DNA of 64,000 bases from Eledone cirrhosa (GCA_964016885.1 OZ024743.1:188418001-188482000), one strand, 5' to 3'. Shown: positions 36,821 to 50,777, counted from the stretch's first letter. Numbers and translations are program-made. Notes: generated from the sequence alone by a model not told the origin.

Positions 36821-37607
36821 CTTAAATATACATAACAATAGAAAACAATAGCAATAATAAATGTCAACAAGGACCAGTCACCCAATAGTGGGGAGAACTG
36901 CACTTTAGGGTAATTCCAGAGAGAAACCTACACAAAACCCTGGGATACTCTGTTGTTTCACGTGCATTGAAAGTACCCTCTCCCAGTTTCCTTCCTCCTG
37001 CTTAGAAAACCATAGTCAGTGTAGTCCTGTTCAGCCTTGTTAATCTCATCACTCACACCCATCTTTCATAAAACACACAAGAAGGCAGCCCCACTCTCTC
37101 CATCCTCACCGTTCCACGCAAGTGAAACTTAAAGAATTTGATGTGGGATTGGCTGGAGAGGAAAATTTCTATCCTCAATGCTTTTAGGCTAGTCTACCAT
37201 ACAGCTTACTTTGCCATAGCTACCAGGCAGAGGAAGACTTGTCACATCCCCTTTCTAAAAGAAAGTGGCAATTCAATTTTCCCTAAGGACCTGGTTGATA
37301 GCTGGATCTGTCCTACACGTGATAGCAATTACTCAACACCAGCCTACAACTCTGCAATACACAGTGGCGAACCTTTGAGCCAAGGACTATGGAAAACTTC
37401 CAGAAATCCCTGGCTTGGCAGTGCTACTGGGGGGCACTGCTTGTTTGAGATAAACTCTACAGATAGACCTCTCTGTGATGCACACTGAATGATGAAACTG
37501 TTCTATATGTAACCAAAACCCTATCAAAATAGCACTACTAAGTACTGCACATATATTATGAAGAGTAATATCAATGAAATAGACACACTACCAAAATCAG
37601 CACTACT

Positions 37608-37622
37608 ACTAGTAGTAGCAAC

Positions 37623-37677
<55 letters not shown>
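37608..37677. repeat. (TAG)n microsatellite
   Basis: Directly visible. Confidence 0.95.
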
Positions 37678-39438
37678 ATTAATCTCCCTCCAAGCATTGT
37701 TTTGTTTCTTAAACATTAATCTCTATTTGATATTAAATCTCTTTTTTCGTTTATTTATCGTAATATATAAATATATATTTTGTGATATATAGTGAATGAT
37801 ATTGAAAGTTTTAGTAAAAGAAAAAAATAGTATTTCTGAGGTGCAACCTGTTTCTAAGTAATTTATAAGCTAGTTTGGTTGGGAAAAACTATAATTTTAC
37901 CTTGCAAAACCTAACTTATATTAAAGAAAATCTTGAGGCTATGAACTGATAATATTTCAAAAAAATTACATAAGTTAAATCTGTCATCTAAAACATTCTA
38001 GGGTAATAACAAATAATAATTTGTATCTAGAGTCAACTTATGTCTATGTGTGGTATGTATATTATGATTACAATCCATACAAGATATATCATAGTGCCAA
38101 CTTTGTTTTTAGAAATATTTACACACCAAGAAATAAAATCTAAGCACTTTTAAAATGTTTGATGATTATATCCTTCCCAAATCTTATCTGGCAGTTGTAT
38201 GGTTTTATAATACTTCTTACCAAACACAACTAAATCCACTGTTCTATTTAATAACATTCATATATCACTAATTTTCATTAGTCTGAGGTGTTTTTTTAGT
38301 GATCTTTACTTGGCTTGATTTAAGAACCATTATTTACCTTATTTTTAATGATTTGCTCATAGGTTTAAGCAGGTCAGATTTGAATTTTCTCTTAGGTAGG
38401 ATGTAGAACTATTCCATGTAGCATTCTCAAATGGTCCAATATGAACTTCAGAATTATTTATGAATTAAAGTAATTAAGGTTATATATACTGTTCAAATAC
38501 ACAACACAATCCTCCTCCTCCTTTCCATCATCATCATTGTCATCACATTTTAAGTTGACTTTTCCATGTTGGCATTGGTTGAATGGGACATTTTGAAGCA
38601 ATGTTTTACAGCTGGATGTCCTACCTGACACTAAATCTTTCAGTTGTTTCTTATAACATGCAGGGATATAATGTATCTATTCTAAACTGGATATTCACAG
38701 ATTAATATCAGCAATAAATTTAAAATCAAAACATATTGATAATCCAATGCATAATTCACTCAACGATTTTGTTTGTACTCAGAGTTTCTTATTCAAGTGA
38801 AGGACAAAGATCACAACTCCTTGTTTCTCCATGATATTCATGAGTGACTCCATAATGAACGATAGATTGCATTGCTTCTAAGTGTGTATACACAAAATAT
38901 ATAGCTTGAGATTTTCAGTCTTGACTTGGTAAAAAATTCTTCATCACCAGGAAGCATTTCTCATCCAAATGTTAATGTAGTCAATATTCGGAGAAGATAT
39001 GATACAAGTTTTTGACAGATAAGTGAATGGATACATATAGAAATGGTTGTTTTTCTAAAATATAACAAAACACCTGCAATATGTTTAAACTAATAACCTG
39101 AAAAGAGTTAAGTCAACATTTTATTACCCTGATCATTTTCTTATCATGATAATGCTATTTAAAAGGGTCACAAATGAGTATGGCATGGAATTTCATAGAT
39201 GTCCATAGCATCATCATCATCACCATGATTGCATTAGCTGGATGTCTTTTTGTGGCAGTTCCTTTTACAGTTCAATTACCTTTTTGATGACAACCCATAT
39301 ATTTATTTTGAATATGGTTTACACTACTGATAGTTTTTCAAACTGCTACACTATGGGATGTATGTTTATGAGGGACATTAACAAACATAACTGCTTTCCT
39401 TTCCAAACATTAAAACACATGCACTCACACATGCACAC

Positions 39439-39475
<37 letters not shown>

Positions 39476-39923
39476 TATAGAGAAAAATACTGCAGGTAGC
39501 ACATGGATAACATGTAATAAAATAAGTCCCTCATCAGTGATTTGCCGAAGATCATAGATATTTCATTGCATTAAAAATCATATATCTCACTTCGGTGCAA
39601 TAATAACCAAAATAAGTTATTAGGACAATTAAAACGCGTAAAGCGAGTGAGACAGGAGAACAACAGAAAGTATAGCATACCGTAGGGGACAGAAACAAGC
39701 TTCAAAAATGATTCTGTTTAGCATAAGCTAGGTGAATATATGAGCGCTTAGAGAATAGAACCTACACGAACGAGGGCTATGAGCAGAGAGAGAAAAAAAT
39801 AGCGTTCGTGAGTGCAGGATGAAATGAAGAGAAGAGGGAGAAAAACAGTGAGTGAGTGAAAGTGTGAGGAAGAGTTAACGGACAAGACAGAGGGGGAGAA
39901 ACAGAGAGAGAGAAACAGAGAGG

Positions 39924-39959
<36 letters not shown>

Positions 39960-41159
39960 TCAACTCATGTAAACATGGAAAAGCTGATGTAAAAATGATG
40001 ATGATGACGATATATATATATATACATATATATGCATATATTAGATAAGCTTCCCTATAGGTTCTGTCTAGAATATTCACTCACAAGGCATAGTTTAACT
40101 CACTGCTATAGGAAAACATACATGCCTAAATTGTCCAATAATGGAACTGTACCCCAAAATATTTTGTTACTAAACAGCCGTGGATGCACCACATATAACA
40201 ATGATAAAAATTAATATAAATTTGAATATAAATGTATACTCTCTAACAAGGATATATATATATATATTTATACACACACATATATGTGTGTTTGAAAATT
40301 ATCCTAGATTTGAAGTAGAAACAATAATATAATTTCTTTGAAATCTACCACAAATAGGCCTGCATCGATAAACTGAAAAGTACATTATGGAACTGCATAC
40401 TAATTATAAATATGATCTAACATTTAGACTATACAAACAGTTGATAATTGTCTGAGAACTGAGATATTCATGCAATTAGTAAACAAAATATCCCTCTACA
40501 TGTGTTTAAGATATAAAATAAAAGCCAGTGAGATAACTCCAATAAAGTCAATTGCTAGCAATTTTGAAAAATATAGAATTGCAGTATAGATGTGGACTTG
40601 GTTTTTAAGCTGGAAAGATTAAGAAAGAATTTTATACACATAGAGAAAGAAAGGATATGTAATGATATTATTATAAACAACATGGAATATATGAAGTAGT
40701 ATCCTCCAGGGAAGTGTTCTGAATGATAAATGTAAATATGGTAGGGTCTCACATACGTAATATAGTGAGTTGAAAAACTTCATTGGATAGTGAATATCGA
40801 TGTAATTTGTGGGAAACATTTGCCTCTAGTGGAGATTTAAATCTAAAAACAACAAGCAGGGGAGATAACACCAATAAAATTAATTTCATCATCATCATTT
40901 AATACAAGTCAGTATTCATGCAGAGCTATAAACATCTTAGACAGGCTGGAATCCTTCATCTTGTTTACATGCTTTACCAAATGTTCCCATGCTTTACCAA
41001 ATGCTCATACAGGCTTGGTGCCTGTACTCTACCATGTATATTTTATTGTGGCACTGAAGTTGAAGAATTCTTTTGAACCTTTGTTTGCTAGTTTTTTTTT
41101 ATGAATGAACACATTGTATTTACATACATTGTTCACCCTTAGTCTTACCAACTATGTAG

Positions 41160-41215
41160 AATATGCTTTGCTGAGAAGGTCTAATGAGACTGAAACATAT
41201 TTTATTTTCACTTAA
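41160..41215 (+). ncRNA. Degenerate hammerhead-like relic
   Basis: CTGAGAA-GGTCT-aatg-AGACT-GAAAC-atat. Position 8 is A without a compensating U3, and there is no clear stem I or cleavage triplet. Confidence 0.35.
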
Positions 41216-41567
41216 CTTAAAAGCACAATCCACTCTCATTTCCTATATCATCAAAATTTCAGTAAATTCATTTTATTGCTATTTTATTCATTTTATTGCT
41301 GTTTTATTGCAATGTTGTTTTTAGGTTTTAAACGCACCTAGAATGATTTGTTTTTATTAATTGCATGGATATTCACAGTTAATGTTTTTTTTCAATCCAT
41401 AATGAAATATTTAGTGCAGTAATTTTATAATAATATATAGTAAAGCAACATGTAGCTGGAGGGTACTGAAATGATGTTATTTATAGATATTAATGTTTAC
41501 TTTTATCAAACAAAAGTTATATTATTCACATATCTCATGTTATAGAAACAAAGCGAAGTTGCTTATA

Positions 41568-41772
41568 ATCTATCTGTCAGTCTGTCATATCCATCTATCC
41601 AACCAGCCAGTCATCTATCTATCTTTTATCTATTTATCTATCTACCTACCTATTTATCTCTCTATCTGCCTGTCTGTATGTCTTCTGTCTATATATTTAT
41701 CTGTCAATCTATTTATCTGCCTCTCTATATTTCTGTCTAAACACCTGTCTAATTCTGTCAACCTATCTGTCT
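41568..41772. repeat. Degenerate (TCTA/TCTG)n microsatellite
   Basis: Directly visible. Confidence 0.9.
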
Positions 41773-42014
41773 AGCTGCTTAGGCATTAGAATCTAAACCA
41801 GCAACAAAACATCTAGTGTTTGTTAAACTATTTTGATATCATTTTGATAGTTTATCATTTTCTTATATTATTTTCTCATGTTGCTATAAATGACAAAGAA
41901 CCAAAGGACTTACAAATGTACTAATACCTAAAAAGAATTCATATTACCTTTCCCAAACATATTAAAGTTCATAAATATCCTATATATATTGTATACCCTA
42001 TAAAATGGTTGGGG

Positions 42015-42371
42015 ATTGAAAGAGTAAAAGGTACAGACCATCTACGGTCATGAATGACTATGGGATTTGAACCTAGAAAGTTCAAAGTTCCCCTCCGAGG
42101 CACAAGTCCGGGCAACGTTGTCTGTGGAGGACCAGCAGTTGCCCATGCATAACTGTCTCCCCTCTCCAAGCCATTGATGTTGTCCAAGGGAAACACAAAG
42201 ACCAATACAGCTTGGCACTAGTGACATCGCAACTCATTTCTACAGCTGAGTGAACTGGAGCAACATGATGTAAAGTGTTTTTGATCAAGAACACAACACA
42301 AGGCCTAGTCCTAGAATCGAACTCAAAACCTCAGAATTATATGCTCGACACTCAAACCACTAAGCTATGCC
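42015..42371 (-). mobile_element. tRNA-derived SINE with a CORE-like block and a distinct 3' half ending in tacctttt-actcttt
   Basis: Minus strand has A box tagcttagtgg and B box gagttcgattc. Block tgtgttcttgatcaaaaacactt..ttgctccagttcactcagctgtagaaatgag is shared with the SINE at 50341. Confidence 0.85.
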
Positions 42372-44100
42372 AAAACGTGTTGAGACAAATCTTCAGTGTT
42401 TCGAGGTCACAGCAATTCATCTAATGTTTTTGACACAATATAACATGCCTGGTACACTTTGTAATGTGGTTGGTGATAGGAAGGCCATCCAGCCATAGAA
42501 ACACAGATGACTCTTCATTTGTGCTAAAGAAATGACAATCTTCTTAATGCTGGAGTTGTGACTTCATAGCTTTCTCACTCTATACAGTGCACTTATGAAA
42601 AAGAGATAGGTCCCAGTGACTCCAATTAAGTACTGATTTGGTCTGTGATGACTCATCCAAGCCTTGCTAGCAGAGAAAACAGATGTTAAATGATAACGAT
42701 TATCAGAATAACATTTTTGTCTTTGACCAAAACACTTAATATCTAACTAGCCCAGTGCATTTTGTGGTGAATGGGTGCCACAAATTATCAATATCTCACC
42801 ATTATATGCTTTGTCAGCATTATAATTTCATAATTATTTCCTTAAGTTTCAGTGTAGATTTCAACTCCACTAGTGAATGTAGCTTGATATGTTAGAAGCT
42901 ACAAAATAGATTAAAACAAAGCTGTCTCCATTATCCCATGTAAAAAAAAATTAAAAAAAGGATTAGAGGACACATTTTATTACAAAATAGCAGTAATATA
43001 ATGTGGTTACTTCATTCACCTATATTTCTCATAAAATTTGATATTTTGAAATCAATATTTTGAAAGTGAAAAGGACATTTTTGTTGGTTGTTTCCATTTA
43101 GCATTTGTTTCTCAGGATGTATGATTGAAAGGTCAGGCGTAATAACCTTTCAAGTAAAGAAAATATTATACTATTAATATTGTTTTATTTAAATGTTATG
43201 TTATAGCTTCATTTCAATATCAATGCTGAAAGAGAATACTAGATACATACAAGTTATTAAACACCACTAATTACAGGGTGTTGATGATGAGTGTACACAA
43301 TGGTAATTGCAACATGAAGGAAGTCTGGTATTTTAAAAGTCTAAGCAGAAGAAAACTGACAAATTACATAATCAATGATGAGTCCAATCGATGAATCGTT
43401 TACTTGAGTTTGAGTAGAAATGTTTGGCAACTATCCAACCCAGATTATGAAAACCTCATAATAATCTATTTGATACACGATGGACATTTACTGATACTTG
43501 GTATCATTTCAAGTCAAAATAATACCTAGAATTAAAATAACTCATAAATAAAACTACATGGTACATTTACTGTAACATTAATTCATTTTGTTATTTTATG
43601 CTTCTGCAATATTATAAAAATTTAGTTGCTATGTCATAATAAAGAATATAATCTGCATTATTTGAAAACTTTGCTTTTTAAAATCCTCACATATGCTAAT
43701 TTTTTTTATTGAAAGACAGATTAAACAAGTCATAAAAATGATAGATGTGTTATTGAGATTAGCTTTGTGTCATCACTGATTGAGAAGACCTATGATAAAA
43801 TGCCTTATGGCTGTCTGTGACCATCATATATATTTAAAGGCATATTATATGTATGACAACATTAACCAATGTGATTTTCCTTATTTAGAATAGTGGCATG
43901 TTATTTGGCTGCTTTTTCTAACAAGGAACAGGTACGGCTGTTTATTCAAGAAGTCTTCTCTGGAACCACATGGTATTAGGTTCAGTCCTACTCTGTGGCA
44001 CATTTTGCAAGTGTTATCCATTATAGTTTCGGTTGACCAAGGGAAATTTAAGAGACAGAAAGTGTAAGTCCATCATATAATATCATCACCATCATTTATA

Positions 44101-44267
44101 TATAGTTTGCAGTACAATGCCTGGGAAGACCACAAAATAGTAGTACTCAATACATGATTTGCTGCAGAGTGGGTATATTAGTGAAGCAGAGATCAACCAC
44201 AAACTCAGGTTTTGAGCTAGAGTAACTAGCCAAAACTGCCTGAGCTTACAATAAATCCTCTACTTCA
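44101..44267. mobile_element. Short hairpin element with the shared terminal motif
   Basis: GACCAC-N9-GTACTCAATAC..AGAGTGGGTA at 44128-44175, then an imperfect hairpin tgaagcagag..ctcagg..gctag-agtaa-ctagc..cctgag..ctctacttca. Confidence 0.6.
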
Positions 44268-46973
44268 TCATCATCATCATCGTTTAACATCTATCTTCCA
44301 CGCTAGCATGGGTTTAGATGGGAATTGTCCCACGTCAGGCAAGACTGGTTGTCTTGCTCGTATAGGACTGTCTGGCAGGTTTTTTATGGCTGGATGCCCT
44401 TCCTAAAACCAACAACGTTTACAATGTGGACTGGGAGGTTTTTACCTTGCTACTTACAGGGCCATATTACAGCGTGGACTGTGTATTTTTTTGTCATGAC
44501 ACCTACATGACCTCATTTATGTAGGACTGGATGTTGTGACACCAACATAACTTTACAGAGAAAGGGGTGGTGTAGATGGGGGTGGGGGGTAGGGGTAGAA
44601 GATGGGGGTGTCTTTTTGGTTAGGAGGTGCCTACTGACTGTAGGTTTCGCTTTGTACTTAGGCAAAGCGGGTCTTCTGTATTACTGCATAGCGCCAAAGA
44701 TCTCGGTCCAGTGACATTGTCTTGGAGAGGTATAGGTCGGAATTTATCAAATCGTCCCAGATTTTTCTGGGTCTGCTTACTCCGTAGCTTCCATCTCTTT
44801 TGATCGCCCTGCACTTTTCTATACAGCTGTCGTCTTTCATGTGCATCACATGACCAAACCAACATAGTCTTCTCTCGAGTAAACAGCATCTGATCCCTCT
44901 TATTCCTAATTTCTCACGTAGTTCATTTATGCTTTGCCATTCACGTATATTACTATTACACATCCAATGGAGCATGCAAGCTTCATTCCTCTCCAGTCTG
45001 CGCAGATCCTCTGCACACAATGCCCATGTCTCACTGCCATGTAACATTGCTGTTTGTATGCAGACATCATACAGTCTGCCTTTCATTTTTAGGGAGAAAC
45101 CTTTAGCAGCCAATAGTGGTATAAGCTTTCTGAACTTTTTCCACCCCGTTCTGACTCTAGCTACTGTACTTTCAGAGCACCCTCCACCACTGTTGATTTT
45201 GTCACCCAGGTAACGGAAGGTGTCCACTATTTCTATAGAACTATCTGTGCACTGGAATGAGCTAGTATTCTGTGGGCACTTGCTGCTACTTATTGTACCT
45301 GAGCACCGGCCACATATAAAATCTATGTTCTTAGTTAGTTTACCTGTGATCCCACTACATCTTTTATGCACCCATACTTTGCATTTGGGACATAAAATGG
45401 AGTTTCTGCCTACTCCTTTCCTACACACTGAGCATGGCCATTTCCCAGAAGGGATCAGTGCCCTATTTTCCTTCCTACATACTAGAACTTTAGTCTTAGA
45501 CAAGTTCATTTTAAGGCCTTTTGATTCTAGGCGATGCTTCCAAGTTTGGAATTTCTTCTCTAGTTCAGCCGTTGACTCAGCTATGAGTGTTAGATCATCT
45601 GCGTATAGAAGTTCTCATGGTCAGCCAGTCTTGAACTCCTCTGTTATAGCCTGAAGGGCAATAATAAGTAGGAGGGGGCTAAGGACAGAGCCCTGATGAA
45701 CAGCGACTTTTACGCAAAAATTCTTCACTATATTCGTTGTTAATTCTAACCTTGCTGACTGTTTCTCACGAGCCATTCATCAACACCTAGTTTTCTAAGA
45801 GCCCCCCAGATAATGGAGTGTGGGACTCTCTCAAAGGCTTTTTCCAAATCAACAACAGCTAAGTATAGGGGTTTACTTTTAGCTAGGTACTTCTCCTGTA
45901 GTTACTTTTACCTGACACAAACCCAAACTGCATTTCATCCTGTTCAATTCGCTATCTGATTAGTTGCGCTATAACTTTTTCTGTGATATTCATGACCTGG
46001 GTAATTAATTTAATTCCTCTGTAGTTTCCCCTATCTCGGGGATCTCCTTTACCCTTGTAGCAGTTAATGATGATGCTGCTACGCCAGTCATTTGGTATGA
46101 CCCCATTCTGTATGTCTTGGTTTACTATCCGGGAGACCATAGTATGTCCCACCGATCCAGATGCTTTCAGCATTTCAGCAACTATCTCCGAAGGCCCAGC
46201 TGCTTTGCCTGTCTTCATATCTTTGATTGTCTTACTTATTATACTACCTTCAACTTGCACTGCTGATCCCTCCATTGGATCGATTTGGGGCAGACTATCT
46301 TTTTCCCATTTATTCTCCTCATTTAGTAGCCTCTTGTAGTGACACTTCCAAGCTACCTTCTTATCAGTATCAGTGATGGCAAGTATACCATCATCATTAC
46401 GGACACACTTCTCCCTGACAATATCAAAGTTTTCTTTGACACATTGTCTAGCAATCCTGAACACCTCACGTTGTAGAACATGCTTGAACTTTCTTTCCTC
46501 TGCTTCCTTTCTTGCAAGGTACACTTGTCTCCTAGATTCTCTCCTGGCCACTTGATAGTGTTTTCTATTTCCCACATCCCACCATACTTTCCAAGCTTGC
46601 TTTTTGGCCTTGATTGACTCCTCCACCTTACTTTTCCACCACTATGTTACTCTCCTCCTGCCTATAGGTCTTCTGCAGCCACAGATTTCATCTGTCGCCT
46701 TCAGCAGGTTAACTTTCAGGAAATCCCACTGTTCCTCTATACTGTACGTCTCTAATTGCTCTTCCTTACTGTCAAAAGCATCAAGTAGTATGCTTTTAAA
46801 TTTGTTACTGGCTTTGGGGTCCTTTATCTTTTATATTCTTCTTCTCAGGGTGGTCCTCCTCTGTTGTTGAGTACGTCTCGTCCTGACTATGAGGTCACTA
46901 ACTATGAGGCTATGTTGGGAGGTGCATTCTTCGTGGGGGAGTGATTTAGTGTTTACAACCGACACTTTGTCAC
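44265..46973 (-). mobile_element. 5'-truncated, frameshifted RTE LINE (subfamily A, close to the 3380 copy)
   Basis: ORFs 45952..46626 and 44658..45509; (GAT)n tail; several small deletions; truncated within APE. Confidence 0.93.
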
Positions 46974-47411
46974 ACACATATATATATATGTATATGTGTG
47001 TGTGTGTGTGTATCTCACTTTATATATATATATATATATAAAGTGAGAGAGAGACAGAGGGATGGTGTGATTGCTTGTTCACCTTTAAGTGATATTTATG
47101 TGAAATCTAATATCTATAATGCCATAAAAAATAGATTTGGCACTTTTAATGTGCATTCATTACTTACTGATATTGGCTTATATATGTATCTAACATCTTT
47201 TGATGAAAGGAATTTAACTAAAAAAACGGCAAAAGGATGAAGCAATACTCAATGTTAATGAACTTCTCCCTGCAAACATGTGAATATTGGAAATGATAGA
47301 CAACATTGTTAACTACCGTAGTATTCTGTATTTACTTTCAATCCATCAACTAAACTTAAAATCCTGATTGGGATAGCACTGCTGTTGATATTATTTTCTA
47401 TATTCCTTTAA

Positions 47412-47631
47412 CCCTTTAGCATTTACATTACTCTATATTTACTATCGTATTTTCACGGTAAAGCTTTACCTTACATAATTATCTCACAAAATATTGAATC
47501 TATGAGATTTTGATATTATTTATTTTGAGAACAATACCTTAACATCAGTATGAGCAGCCAGTTTTGGCTGGTTTGAACAGAAGGAAAAGAGAGAATTCTG
47601 GCCGAGTACAGCCGATTTATATGCTAAAGGG
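47412..47631. mobile_element. piggyBac-type MITE, second copy
   Basis: TTAA target duplication, CCCTTTAGCAT/ATGCTAAAGGG ends, interior homologous to 19942-20149. Confidence 0.9.
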
Positions 47632-47763
47632 TTAAAGTCAATAGATCAGGTGCAACAAACATACTAATGTTGATTCAGTTATAACTTTCTGTTAAAATTG
47701 CATGAGATTGTGTCAAATTACAGAATCTTTATGAAACCAATTTTTCCTTCAACCATTACAATA

Positions 47764-49095
47764 TACTAGCAGAAAAACCACCCTTCGGGTGGTTTTCTGC
47801 TAGCATGTGTAGTGTGTATATTGATATTATACGCAGGTATATATACATGTAAATATGATACATCAAATAAAATCGTAATTGACAATATATAATACATAGA
47901 AATTGAACGAAGACTGTGTTACACTGTCTTATGTAGTCAGTAATGTAGTCCATGATACATTAAAAAAGACGATATTATAAACTGCATTGGGAGAAAATTA
48001 GTGACAGAAAATGAGTATGTTTATTTAAGCGATGGCCAACCGGAAGTGTTAACATTTCAGAAATTTTAAAGAAGTGAATCTTTAAATAAACAAAATATAT
48101 TTAATCAACAGCCACGAAATTTAGTAGATAAATTATGTAATATTCATTCATTATTTATTCAAAGTTATCCAACTTATTTTACTAATGGGATAACAAATTA
48201 TAAAACGTACGCATTCCCGCACTCCTTACTTTATTATAGTTTAGATTATATTTGTTAGTGTTTCCTTCTGTAACCATTATATTAAATGAGTTTTAATAAA
48301 AAGAGTTAATAAATAAATAAAACGCTATACTTGTTTTACCCTCCCATTTCCAATTAAACCGAACGCTATCATGACTGTATTTGTGTAAATGTATATGTGT
48401 GAATGTATGTATGTTTGTGTGAAAGTATGTATATTTGTGTGAAAGTATGTATGTTTGTGTGAATGTATGTATATTTGTGTGAAAGTATGTGTATTTGTGT
48501 GAATTATGTCCATGAGAGTGTATTTTTATAAGTTTGTGTTTGCGCGATTATAGTTATATACTCATACATATAGATGTATATGTGTGCACAATCATACGCG
48601 CCAGATGTAGAAAATCATAATCTCTCTATCCCTCTCATCACAAACACTCTCTTTCTCTATATATATATGGTAGTTGAAGTGGTGACGATATATCGGAAGT
48701 GCAACTTTGAAAAGAAGTCAATTTGAAATTATTTATTTTTACGAAATTATTTTTGTTTACGAAATTTAGTAGATAAATTATGTAATATTCATTCATTATT
48801 TATTCAAAGTAAGGGCGGTGGATTGGCAGTATCGGTAGAGGGTCGGACGCCATGCTTTCCAGCATAGTTACGTCCCTTTACGATCTGAGTTCAAATCCCG
48901 CCGAGGTTGACTTTGCCTTTCATCCTTACGGGGTCGATAAAATAAAGTACCAGTAATGCACTGGATAATTGCTGGCCTTGTGCCTAAAGTAGAAACAATT
49001 ATTTATTCAAAGTAATAGAACTTATTTTACAAACGGGATAAAAAAATAATAAACTGTACGCAATCCCGCAGACCTTCCTTTATTATAGATTAGAT
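47764..49095 (+). mobile_element. Probable non-autonomous Helitron/Helentron-like element with a duplicated 3' block and internal minisatellite
   Basis: Starts TACTAGC with a hairpin at 47766-47803. Block acgaaatttagtagataaattatg...gtacgca.tcccgca..cctt.ctttattatag.ttagatt occurs at about 48114-48248 and 48759-49097. A 20-bp gtatgtatgtttgtgtgaaa array lies at 48375-48503. Confidence 0.5.
48813..48997 (+). mobile_element. Full-length young tRNA-derived SINE with an 18-bp target-site duplication
   Basis: A box tggcagtatcgg; B box gagttcaaatcc; central gcctttcatccttacggggtcgataaaataaagtaccag resembling Meta/MESC-type domains. TSD ATTATTTATTCAAAGTAA at 48795-48812 and 48998-49015. Confidence 0.92.
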
Positions 49096-50308
49096 TTATT
49101 CAATGTTCTGTTTTATCAGTTTGACTGTGATTTGAAATTTCTTGTCATTGTTATTGTTTAGCACCAGTTCAGGTGTGATTGAGAAAATCTATGACTATCC
49201 AGTAATGACTAACTCCTATTTTTCACAGACATCTAGTCATCCTTTTTCTTTTAGATGATCAGGCATGATTTAACAGAAATTTGGCTGCTATATATAGCAT
49301 GTAAAGCAACATGATAGAGTCCCTCTCGAGTGTTGGTAGTCGTGGTAGGTTTTCAGTAGTAGTATCTAGCATCTGTCTGTAACATTAGTAAATGTAATGC
49401 TGATTAAATCATCTTTCAGTTAGGAGTTATGATTTGTAATATTTTATCGACATCAAGTTCTTTGGCTCTAGACATAGTGCAAAGATAATGATGCCATAGG
49501 AACCATTGAAATCTAGATTCAGCTGCTTCACATCCTATTAATTTGGGCAGAAGCAGTTCTCATTTCAAATTGACATCACTTCAGGAAAAAAAAGGAGGGG
49601 GGGGGGGGCGAGTATAGAAATATATTAACCCACAATAACAATCATATAATATTTTCTATGCTTGTTAAGTGTACAGTATAACTCGTTCGTTTTCACTTTT
49701 TTTTGGTGCTGACCATACACGAATTGCCAATAAGTCTAATATGTTTTTCTTCTCTGCTGGAATCAATCCAATTGTATACTTGTTGACATTATAAGTCTTT
49801 TACACACATACACACACACGAAAAGGTATATACATATATACATACAAACATACATACAAACACACATACATACACACATACACATACTTCCATCATATGA
49901 AATATGTAAGTAATTCATTCACTCAACTTACAGTGCCAGATATAATGCTTAATGAACTAGAGGCTAGAAAGAGCATAGCCCCCCCCCCCCCCAATCTCAA
50001 ACTACATATTGTACACACTACATACTCATGATTGCTGTGAAGTCAGGTGCATCCCAAATGACCTATAGAGTAAAAGATGTTATTATATTTCTTCACACAT
50101 CAACTATTTCTTCCACTGTTCTCTTTGAAATTTTGCCAAAAATCATTCCTAAAATCAAAGAAATTAGTCAGAAGAAAATAATATTTTCATAAAGTAGTTG
50201 TATTCAGTGAGAATTTCACAGAATCTTCTTAAATACATACAGATACATATCCACACGCAGAGGCATGCATAATCACATATACACACATAGACACACACAT
50301 ATATATAT

Positions 50309-50340
<32 letters not shown>

Positions 50341-50344
<4 letters not shown>

Positions 50345-50691
50345 GGACATGGCTTAGTGGTTAGAGCATTGGCCTTGCAATCGAAAGGTTGTGAGTTCAA
50401 TTCTCAGACCGAGTGATGTGTTGTTTCCTTGAGCAAGACACTTTATTTCACATTGCTCCAGTTTACTCAGCTGTAGAAATGAGATGATAGGGACTGGTGT
50501 CCATATCATTCCACTACAAAGTGGTCGTGCAGGTGCCACGGCAAAAAAGCACCCAGCACTCACTGTAAATGAGGTTAGTGTTAGGAGTTAGGAAGGGCAT
50601 CCAGCTGTAGAAATCAAGCCAGAATCAGTTCCCGTCCCACCCTTGCAAGCAGGGAAAACGCGGACGTAAAATGAAATGATGATGATGATGA
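50341..50691 (+). mobile_element. Full-length tRNA-derived SINE: tRNA head, CORE-like block, Ceph-like module, RTE-B tail
   Basis: A box tggcttagtgg; B box gagttcaattc; tccttgagcaagacactt; gttaggaagggcatccagc; tail cccgtcccacccttgcaagcagggaaaacgcggacgtaaaatga matches 26128-26169 on minus. Confidence 0.92.
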
Positions 50692-50777
50692 TATGTATAT
50701 ATATGTATGTATATATATATCTATGTATGTATATATATATATGTATGTGTGTATGCATATATATATATATATATATA

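Noticed and set aside
36850-37560. GC-richer stretch with a 116-aa ORF and a KPT-like motif, considered as a PLE RT relic
   Set aside because: No convincing motif series; probably an old repeat that cannot be classified by eye.
38740-39080. Possible minus-strand exon after ttgcag
   Set aside because: All frames are interrupted by stops and there is no recognisable domain.
47766-47803. Strong hairpin resembling a rho-independent terminator
   Set aside because: Eukaryotic DNA with no upstream gene; better explained as a transposon terminal hairpin.
50341-50415. tRNA-like sequences with A and B boxes (also 42300-42371, 48813-48905)
   Set aside because: They continue into SINE bodies and tails and do not form a complete cloverleaf; SINE heads, not tRNA genes.
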